From NCBI GenBank assembly GCA_963742265.1, contig CAVULC010000012.1, forward strand, positions 1,636-65,635: a DNA stretch of 64,000 nucleotides. Reading direction: 5' to 3'. A program made the translations under genes and the position numbers. The notes under the pieces were generated by a model. It saw only the letters and a program-made list of their open reading frames with translations. It was not told where the DNA came from and did not search any database. Below, piece after piece: positions 1 to 7,371 of the stretch. Each line of letters opens with the position of its first letter. Positions within the stretch are counted from its first letter, which is position 1. Source of the stretch: an uncultured Acidobacteriota bacterium. Lineage in GTDB: Bacteria > Acidobacteriota > Vicinamibacteria > Vicinamibacterales > 2-12-FULL-66-21.

Positions 1-1550
1 GGCCGGACGAGCTCGTCGGTTGCGAGCAGCGGCACGAGCGCTCCGACCAGCAGCGGATCGCGGGGTAGATCGCGCAGCGCGGCCCGGATCCGGCTGGGAT
101 CATGCGACCGCAGTTCGACGATCGCGGCGACGACCGGATCGGCCGCGGCGGCTTCGTCGAGCGGCGCGCTGACGGCGTTCTTGCCCTCGGCCAAAGCCAG
201 CGCGCGCCTGATGGACTCGCGATCGAGCGGGCCCATGCTCCCCGCGATCGTGAAGTCACCCATCGAGTATTGCGGCGGTTCGAACTCTTCCCCCTGGCGG
301 CGCAGTCCGCCTTCGAGCGCGTCCACGTACCCCGCGCGCAGCCGCCGCGCACGCACGAACTCGGCTCCCGCTGTTGCGATCGCCGCGATGTTCACGGCGG
401 CGAGCGGGTGCGCCGGAACGAGCGCCACGAGCAGCACGATCAGGCCGGCCCCGATTCCCTTGCCGATGCCATCACCGGCGACGTCCACGATCGACTTGGC
501 GGATCGCTTGGTCGCTTCGGCGAGTGGCGTGTAGAGCAGTTCATAGCCCGTGCGAAAGAGCGAATTGCGGACGGCCACGTCCAGGCCGCGCGGCAGCACT
601 CCCAGCCACGCAAACGGCGTCACCGAGCTGAGCAGGGTCGCCGCCGCCACGACAACCGGGTGGGTCGCGACCGATCCACCGACGCCGAGCCGCACCAGGG
701 CAACACGCCCGAGGGCCGACTGGATCACTACTGCCCCGAGACCGGTGCCGGCATAGAAGAGACCGAAGAACCGCACGAGCGATTCACCTTTGCCAAAGTA
801 GGCAACGGCGTTGGCCTTGAGCACGTAGTCCACGAACGCCGCCAGCATCGCCGCCAGCGCGACGACCAGCGCCAGGTCACGAAGCAGCGGCTGACGCTGA
901 ATGTGCCTCCAGCCGCTGACCGGGTCCGGCACCGTGGTGGGCACGCGCCTCGGCGGCGCACCTGCGCCGAGGGCGGCCGCTCCGGCGACGCAGCCGCACC
1001 CGACCACCGCGAGAATCAGCAGGAGGGCGCCCCGCGGCAACAGCGTGGCGACGCGTTCGGCGCCGACCCCCCCGATCACGCCGCCGAACGTGGCTGCCGC
1101 CGCCACGCGCGTCATCAATCGCTTGGCCGAATGCGGATCGAAACGCTCGTTGAGCAGCGACCACAGGGCTGAGACTGCGATCGCACCCAGCACGCTGGAA
1201 TGGAAGTACAGGACCACCGAGGTGGTGCGCGGCAGCCAGCCAAGCAGCATCCATTCGACGAAGAACAGGAGTGCGCTGGATCCGAGGACGACTGGAACGA
1301 CACGGATGGGTCCGAAGCGCGTCAGGACGCGGCCGGAGAGCTGCGCCGCAGGAACCGCGAGCACGGCGGCGCTTCCCATCAGAAACGGCAGTGTCGAAAC
1401 CGGAAAGAACGACAGGAACAACCCGTCCCGGAGGGCATTGGACCCGACCTGCTGCGCGATCAGCGCCGCGGCGGTGACGGGAGCGAGAATGTGCGCGCGG
1501 CGCTCGATCACGTCAGGAAATGAGCGCACGTTGGATGCCGCCCGGCGCAC
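1..1550 (-). CDS. TLC/Npt-type (ATP:ADP antiporter-like, MFS-fold) membrane transporter with a soluble HEAT-like C-terminal region; 3' end runs off the window
   Basis: Absent from the ORF track because no stop lies inside the window. My own minus-strand translation is open from the in-frame TGA at 1629-1631 down to base 1. It reads ...LRDGLFLSFFPVSTLPFLMG...VLYFHSSVLGAIAVSALWSLLNERFDPHSAKRL...GDGIGKGIGAGLIVLLV..., then a soluble tail ...DPVVAAIVELRSHDPSRIRAALRDL.... The FW/LW..N..F....AKR signature is typical of TLC/Npt transporters. Start is uncertain (GTG candidates at 1550, 1529, 1511). Confidence 0.55.
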   Translation of the reverse strand, partial: MRRAASNVRSFPDVIERRAHILAPVTAAALIAQQVGSNALRDGLFLSFFPVSTLPFLMGSAAVLAVPAAQLSGRVLTRFGPIRVVPVVLGSSALLFFVEWMLLGWLPRTTSVVLYFHSSVLGAIAVSALWSLLNERFDPHSAKRLMTRVAAAATFGGVIGGVGAERVATLLPRGALLLILAVVGCGCVAGAAALGAGAPPRRVPTTVPDPVSGWRHIQRQPLLRDLALVVALAAMLAAFVDYVLKANAVAYFGKGESLVRFFGLFYAGTGLGAVVIQSALGRVALVRLGVGGSVATHPVVVAAATLLSSVTPFAWLGVLPRGLDVAVRNSLFRTGYELLYTPLAEATKRSAKSIVDVAGDGIGKGIGAGLIVLLVALVPAHPLAAVNIAAIATAGAEFVRARRLRAGYVDALEGGLRRQGEEFEPPQYSMGDFTIAGSMGPLDRESIRRALALAEGKNAVSAPLDEAAAADPVVAAIVELRSHDPSRIRAALRDLPRDPLLVGALVPLLATDELVR

Positions 1551-1655
1551 GCCCTTGGAGCCGGCGCCGCTCTTGTAAAGCCGCTGCGCAGATGGGCTGC
1601 AGGCGCCGCTGGAACTCCGGACGCGCGTTCAGCCCTCCGGCATTCCGGAGATTCT

Positions 1656-2465
1656 TCAGCTCGCGTGGTTGGAAGCGCCAGCCTCGGAGGGCCACGCATC
1701 GTCAGTGTCACGCCTCGCCGGCACTCGCACACGGAAGCGGGTACCTCCGCCAGGCTTTGACCGAATGTCGAGACTGCCCCCGTTTGCTTCGACGCGCTCG
1801 AGGATGCTGATCAACCCGAGGCCTTTGCCCCAGGCGCTCTCGACATCGAACCCGATCCCGTCGTCGACAATCGTCAGGATGAGTTCGCCGTGTTCGTGGC
1901 GCAGATCGACGGAGACGGTCGCCGCCTCGCTGTGCTTGGCGGCATTCTGCAACGCTTCCTGAACGATGCGATAGATGCAAAGGGTGATGCTGGGGGAGAG
2001 CGCGGCAGGGATGTCCCGCTCGGTGAATTCAACGACCAGCCCTGACCGCAGCACCTCCTTCTGAAGGGACCGCAGCGACGGGATGAGCCCCAGGAGCTGC
2101 AGCTTTGCCGGATGGAGCCGGTGCGACAGTTCGTGGACGCTCCGTGCGATCCCATTGATCCGGACACGCGCCTCTTCATCTCGTCCCGACAACCGCAGCT
2201 CGATTTCGAGAAGGGCGAGCTGGTGGCTGATGTCATCGTGCAGCTCACGGGCAATGCGGGATCGCTCGGCCTCCTGCGCGGTCAGCAGCCGCCCGCCCAC
2301 GTCGCGAACCCGCTCGTAGCTGGTGCGAAGCTGGGCCTCGCTCTGCAGCAGTTCCCGTTCGGCTTTTCGCCGCCGGCGGCGCTGCACGAGCATGGCTGCG
2401 ATCATCACGGCCTGGGCAGCGACAATCACTCCCGCAACCAGCACGTACACGGTGTCGCTTGTCAC
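1656..2465 (-). CDS. sensor histidine kinase, HisKA_3 (NarX/LiaS-type) with HATPase_c; one N-terminal TM helix and no extracytoplasmic sensor domain
   Basis: ORF 1656..2603. H-box ARELHDDISHQLALL; ATPase boxes QEALQNAAKHS, DDGIGF, GKGLGLISILERV. The first 46 codons of the tracked ORF overlap gene 2483..3127, so GTG at 2465 (VTSDTVYVLVAGVIVAAQAV...) is the likelier start. Confidence 0.85.
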   Translation of the reverse strand: MTSDTVYVLVAGVIVAAQAVMIAAMLVQRRRRRKAERELLQSEAQLRTSYERVRDVGGRLLTAQEAERSRIARELHDDISHQLALLEIELRLSGRDEEARVRINGIARSVHELSHRLHPAKLQLLGLIPSLRSLQKEVLRSGLVVEFTERDIPAALSPSITLCIYRIVQEALQNAAKHSEAATVSVDLRHEHGELILTIVDDGIGFDVESAWGKGLGLISILERVEANGGSLDIRSKPGGGTRFRVRVPARRDTDDAWPSEAGASNHAS

Positions 2466-2482
2466 TGGAACTTCGTGCGCGC

Positions 2483-3127
2483 TTACTTCGTGCCCTGGCG
2501 GATCAAACCCTGCTTCGTCATTTCTTTCACTGTCTGGTTCACCAGATCCTTGATGACGCGGTTGGCGTCTTTCGGGTTGGTCGACTCGCTGACGGCCGCC
2601 CACAGCAGCTTGTTCAGCGGTACGCTGAACACCAGCGTTTCAACGATGGCCACCTGGTCAATCTGCGTGTGTCCGGGATCGTAGGTGTAGAGCGAATTCC
2701 AGCCGTAACCGTAATAGCCCCACAGCGAGTTGTAATACGGCGTGGTCCACATGGATGGCGTCCACGTCTTGCGCGTGTCGGCTTTCACGAGGCGCATGGA
2801 AACGACGCCATCGACCCCGGAGCGCTCGTACCAGCCCTTGGCTTTCTCCGGATCGCGGAGCTCTTCGCGCGGAACTATTTTGTAGCTGGCAACGCCCTGG
2901 GTCAGGCCGATCGCGGCGAGCTCGCGCACGAGCGCCTCCTCGCCGGAGACACGCAGCCCATCGTCATCGGTCATGATGAGCGCGGCAACTTTCTTACCGG
3001 CGAAGCTGACGCCGGCGGCTTCCGGTGCCTTCCACGTGCTCGTGAACTTCGGTCCGGCGGCGCCGATCGCCGTCGAGAGAGCCACGGACGCCACCACTGC
3101 ATGCATCGCGATACGGGTCATGAACAT
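2483..3127 (-). CDS. secreted protein of unknown function (signal peptide; Trp/Tyr-rich, possibly DUF4136-like)
   Basis: ORF 2483..3127. N-terminal MFMTRIAMHAVVASVALSTAIGAAG signal-like segment. Lies 3 bp after the carbonic anhydrase stop and 17 bp before the kinase start. Confidence 0.6.
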   Translation of the reverse strand: MFMTRIAMHAVVASVALSTAIGAAGPKFTSTWKAPEAAGVSFAGKKVAALIMTDDDGLRVSGEEALVRELAAIGLTQGVASYKIVPREELRDPEKAKGWYERSGVDGVVSMRLVKADTRKTWTPSMWTTPYYNSLWGYYGYGWNSLYTYDPGHTQIDQVAIVETLVFSVPLNKLLWAAVSESTNPKDANRVIKDLVNQTVKEMTKQGLIRQGTK

Positions 3128-3130
3128 TCC

Positions 3131-3811
3131 TCAGCGCAGCTTCGTCACCTGGCCGGTGTCGAGCGAGTAGTAAGCTTCGACGATCGTCAGCTTCCCGTCG
3201 TCGACGGCTTTTTTCAGCAGGGCACTCTTCGCAAGCAGTTGATCGGCGACGCTGTGGACGTGATCGCGAATCGCGAGGTCCAGGGTCTCAGGTCTCGCCT
3301 TGTCGATCTTGCTGCACGAAGTCGTGATCGGTGCGACCACGGCCCCGAGATTCGGCGACTCCTCGGGTTCGCCCGAACATGCGGCCGTCACCGCGCCACA
3401 ACTCTGATGTCCCATCACCACGACCAGCGTGGTGCCGAGGTGCGCGACGGCGTATTCGATGCTGCCGACCGACAGCGGGTCGGCACTTTCACCGGCGGTT
3501 CGCACGACGAACAGATCGCCAAGATTCTGGTCGAAGATCACTTCGGGCGGCACACGGCTGTCGGCGCAGCTCAGAACGGCGGTGTGAGGACTCTGCCCGT
3601 TCACCAACTGCTTGCGCCGGGCGACGAGATCGTGCGGTTTGACTTTTCCACTCGCGAACCGCTGATTGCCGGCCGCAAGTTCAGTCCAGGAATGACCGGC
3701 GTCAGGCCGGTCGGAAGCGTGCTGCGCTGTGACGGAGACGAGAATCGCCATTCCGACGAGAATGATGCTTCCGATTCGTTTCGTCATTTGCATGTGCCCG
3801 CAACTCTTCAC
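3131..3811 (-). CDS. beta-class carbonic anhydrase with N-terminal signal/anchor sequence
   Basis: ORF 3131..3811. Zinc-ligand motifs CADSRVPPE and HQSCGAV. Hydrophobic N-terminus IGSIILVGMAILVSVTA. Confidence 0.9.
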   Translation of the reverse strand: MKSCGHMQMTKRIGSIILVGMAILVSVTAQHASDRPDAGHSWTELAAGNQRFASGKVKPHDLVARRKQLVNGQSPHTAVLSCADSRVPPEVIFDQNLGDLFVVRTAGESADPLSVGSIEYAVAHLGTTLVVVMGHQSCGAVTAACSGEPEESPNLGAVVAPITTSCSKIDKARPETLDLAIRDHVHSVADQLLAKSALLKKAVDDGKLTIVEAYYSLDTGQVTKLR

Positions 3812-3818
3812 GCTACCG

Positions 3819-4589
3819 CTAAAAGTAGAAGCCGATCCCTGCGATCGGACCGTGCAGCGTCTGCTTCACGGTGAAGTCGCGGTTGTCGGCGCTGTCAGTC
3901 AATTTGAAGTAGAGAATCGAGTAACCGGCGGTGATACCGAAGTGACGTAGCGGCTTCAGGTCGACTCGTACCGTGCCGCCAAGGTCGATGTCCGCGCCGA
4001 CGCCGAAGCCGCCGCCGTCCATGTTCGCGTGAAAGCCGAGCACTCTGCCGACGTGCTCGTAGGCGACACCCACCAGCGGATCCCAGATACCCGGCTTGCG
4101 CTCGAAGTTAGGGCGGTCGCCGAGCTTGACGTTGTACTTGAGCGCCAGCCTGCGCACGCCACCGGTTACGTACAGGTCCCTGGCCAGTGCGTATCCGACG
4201 TTGCCGTAGGCGTAAATGATGTCGGCGTCCACCGTCAGAACGGGGCTTTCCGGGCGATCACCGCCGATCCCGGCCCAGATGGCATCTCCTTGAATCCGCC
4301 ACGTGCCGTTGTCGGCCGTAAAGCCGGCGAGATACGCGCCGTCGAAACGACCGTCGACGATTGCCGCGTGGTCGCGGCCACCACCGCTGCCGATCCCTTC
4401 GATCGGCGGCAGATCGACGTCGATGTTGATCCCGAGCGGCAGCCACACGAGGATTGGATAAGCGTGAATCTGCCAACCATCGGTCGCGGCCGTCGTCGGT
4501 GGATTTGACGGCGTCTGTGCCGACGCGCCGCCGCCCACTGCAGCGATCATCGCCCCCACCACTAACGCGCGTTGAACGATTCCCATCAT
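3819..4589 (-). CDS. outer-membrane beta-barrel protein (porin-like), unknown specificity
   Basis: ORF 3819..4589. Signal peptide ending GGGASAQ, alternating beta-strand pattern, C-terminal ...GIGFYF with terminal Phe typical of OMPs. Confidence 0.65.
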   Translation of the reverse strand: MMGIVQRALVVGAMIAAVGGGASAQTPSNPPTTAATDGWQIHAYPILVWLPLGINIDVDLPPIEGIGSGGGRDHAAIVDGRFDGAYLAGFTADNGTWRIQGDAIWAGIGGDRPESPVLTVDADIIYAYGNVGYALARDLYVTGGVRRLALKYNVKLGDRPNFERKPGIWDPLVGVAYEHVGRVLGFHANMDGGGFGVGADIDLGGTVRVDLKPLRHFGITAGYSILYFKLTDSADNRDFTVKQTLHGPIAGIGFYF

Positions 4590-4870
4590 TTATGTGCTTC
4601 CTGGTACGGATTCGACGTCATCGTCTCCACAAGGCGCCTGGAAAGGCATCCCTCAAGGGCTGCACTACGACACCACTCCGAGGCCTGCATGACAGGAAGC
4701 GTGCCGTTCACCAGCACGCGCAATATTGGTCAAAAGAGCTGGTTTTGCTGGACAGTTGGGTTGCTGCTCCAGTCGCGCGCCGTGAAACTCTCCGGTCCGC
4801 CGGAGTTGCCCCGGAAGTTCAGCGCCTCCCGCGACAAAGAAAAAACGTTAACAGGAGATCTAGGAGTTCA

Positions 4871-5018
4871 GGAGACGCGGCGGGGTGGACGCGCTTCGCG
4901 CGAGTGGGCTGACGTGACCGGCCGATGCAAACAGCACTTGATCCGCAGCTGCTTGCATCCGCCGGTCACGTCAGCCCACCCGGCCGGCCGAAGGCCGGCG
5001 CCACCCCGCCTGTATCTC
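4871..5018. repeat. nested inverted-repeat element (multi-stem structure) in the omp85 / OMP intergenic region
   Basis: Outer 10-bp perfect stem ggcggggtgg (4879-4888) pairs with ccaccccgcc (5001-5010). It encloses three inner stems: a small hairpin cgcgc-ttc-gcgcg (4890-4902), a 31-nt-arm hairpin 4905-4935 / 4948-4978 (2 mismatches, 12-nt loop), and a 7-bp GC stem with GAA loop (4983-4999). Flanked by (GCCCTTTT)x2 at 5021-5036. Confidence 0.6.
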
Positions 5019-5066
5019 TTGCCCTTTTGCCCTTTTGTCCTCTTGTACTTGATCTTGGGGGCCGGA

Positions 5067-7371
5067 CTAGAACACATGCCCGATGCTGAAATGCACGCGC
5101 GAGCGCTTCTCACCCTCGCGCGGATCGATCACGGCCGACCAATCGAGGCGCACCGGGCCGAACGGGAACATCAGCCGAAGGCCAGCCCCGGCGCTCTGCC
5201 GCAGTGAGCCAAGGTCCAGATCGCTGGCCAGCAGAAACGCATTCCCGGCGTCATAGAAAAGGCCGCCATATAACTTCTTGAACAGGGGGAACCGCAGTTC
5301 CTGGTTGACGATCGCGACCGCCTGGCCGCCGATGGCCTCTCCCTCCGGCGTCCGTGGGCTCAGCATGTTCTGATCGAAGCCGCGAACTGACGACGCACCG
5401 CCGGCCATGAAACGACTCTCCAGCAGCAGGAGCGGATCGTCGCCGGGCACGAGGCCGACGCGATAACTCTGCGCCCACGTGACGCGCGGCGTCAGCGGCG
5501 TGTAGAAGAAGACCTGGCCAAACGTCTTGATGTAGTTGACGTCGGACCCAAGTGCCGTGAGGGCCGTCTCGGTGCCGACCGACCAGAACAACCCTCGATG
5601 CGGATCGGTGACGCTGTCGCGCGAATCGCTGATCAGCGACAGGATCGGTCCGGCGCGATACCCGGCCAACGTCTCACCGGTCTCGAGCGCGCGATAGCGG
5701 ATCCACTTATAGGTGTAACCCCATTGCAGCCGGAGCCGATCGTGCAGCCGGCGTCCATCGATCGTCGTCCGCCACCGCTTCGTCTGCTGAAAGGTCACGC
5801 CCTTGACGTGCTCGCCGAGGGAATCGAAGTCTTCGACCCGGTCCGTGTCGTCGAAGAGAAAGACCTGCGTCTCCCATTGGTGCCCGAAGAACGTCGACGA
5901 CTCGTATCGTCCGCCCAGGAGCCGGCGCTCGGCACCATACAGGCCATACAACCGGTAGCGCGCAGCCCAGCCGAACGGGTTGACGAACTCGACGGCGCCA
6001 CCAACCTGCAGACCCGCGTCTGTTTCCGACGGCGCGCCACCGACCTGGCTGTTGCCCGCAGTCGTGTAACGCAGGCTGTACTCCGTGGTGATGTCGGTGC
6101 GTTGAGAGAGATCCACGACGACATCACGCACGTCATCCTTCCCCGGCACGGGCTCGAGACGCACGTCCACCGAACGGAACGCGCGTGTCTCGGTGAGGCG
6201 CCGGCGCGCCGCATCGAGATCGCTGGCGCGGGCGAGGTCCCCCTCGGTCATGCCGACCGCATTCTGGATGACACCGTCGCGGGTATGACCATCGCGCGAG
6301 CGTTCGCACCCCGGCGACCCGCACGCGTGGACCTGGTTCGGCCCGGAGTCTCACGACGACCCCCGCGGCCGACGGTTCCACCACCCCCTGGACGCGCGCG
6401 TCTGGAAATCCCTGGTCGCGATACCAGGTCCGCAGACGCGTGCGATCGGCGTTGTACGACTCGAAGCGGAAGAGATCACCCGGCCGCAACTGGAAGGCAG
6501 GGGCGGGAGCGCCGTCGAGTGTCCCGACCTCGGGCGGAACATCGAGCGTGACAACGCTCGCCCGTGTTCCCTCATGGACCGGGATCGTCACCAGCAATCG
6601 ACCCGATTCCGGCTCGACCTGCACCACGGGCGCACCGACCTCCGCCTGCAGGAAGCCCTCGCGTGCGTACGCCACTCGAACGGCCGTGGGCAGTTTCTGG
6701 GTGCCCTGACCATCGAGCAGCGCGAAGAATGCCGCGCTCTTGCGATCCGGCAGGGCCGCTGCGAGCGTCGCTTGTGGAATCGATGCAGCGCCGTCGAACA
6801 CCAGCGCAACGCCCTTCCCCTTGTTGCCGCGGCGCACGTCGAAGATGGCCTGCGATTGCCCATTCGCCGCGCGCACCTCCGCTGTCACAACGGCGCTGTA
6901 GTAACCCCTCGCGCGCAAGCTGTGTCGGAGATCGCGGGCCAGTCGTTCCGCCGTGTCCTGAAGCGGAAGAAACGTTTCCCACCGGGCATTGAGGCGCTTC
7001 TTCTCGCCGCGACCCGGGTCGTCGCCGCGCCACTCGACAGTCACGCGAGGCCCTGGATTGATCCGCACCGCCAGGTCGGCATTCGTGCCGCGCGACGTCT
7101 CGCGGACCTCGACGGCCGCGGTCAGGTATCCGCGCTCCGCCAGCCACTTTCGTGCCTTCGCCGCACCTTCTTCACCGCGAAAGTAGTCAAAGGTGTCGCC
7201 GCTCTTCAACTTCAACCGCTTGCGCAGTTCTGCCTCGGTACCAGCCGGGGCGCCGCTGATGGTGACCTCGCCGATCTCGAGGCGCGTGTCTTCGCCGCCG
7301 GTGCCAGGTATTTGCGTGACCAGGCATTGAAGCCGAATCGATGACTCACCTCCACCGCCTCGCTCGCGTCG
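5067..7371 (-). CDS. Omp85/BamA-TamA family outer-membrane protein (several POTRA domains plus D15 beta-barrel); reading frame broken once and no start or signal peptide of its own
   Basis: ORFs 6133..7215 (POTRA repeats, e.g. LKLKSGDTFDYF..., FQLRPGDLFRFESYNADRTRLRTWYRDQGFPDARV) and 5067..6251 (barrel, ends ...RVHFSIGHVF). Frame switch near 6300-6312. The POTRA frame is open upstream to the TGA at 7372-7374, with no ATG or GTG before the TTG at 7215. Confidence 0.8.

Noticed and set aside
102-1172. Long plus-strand ORF (356 aa) and neighbours (181..534, 901..1578) at the left edge
   Set aside because: The text is Arg/Gly/Asp/His-rich and low in complexity, typical of shadow ORFs in GC-rich DNA. 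The opposite strand encodes a coherent multi-TM transporter in a frame open to the window edge.
5021-5060. Short direct repeats (GCCCTTTT x2, CT-rich tract) considered as a possible CRISPR or tandem-repeat array
   Set aside because: There are only two 8-bp units, no spacer/repeat periodicity and no cas genes anywhere in the window.
4572-5207. 211-aa plus-strand ORF and 81-aa minus-strand ORF (4868..5113) covering the intergenic repeat
   Set aside because: They read straight through the nested inverted repeat. The palindrome even produces mirrored peptide text (...ADVTGRCKQ... on one strand, ...ADVTGGCKQ... on the other). They also overlap the omp85 3' end and lack an RBS.
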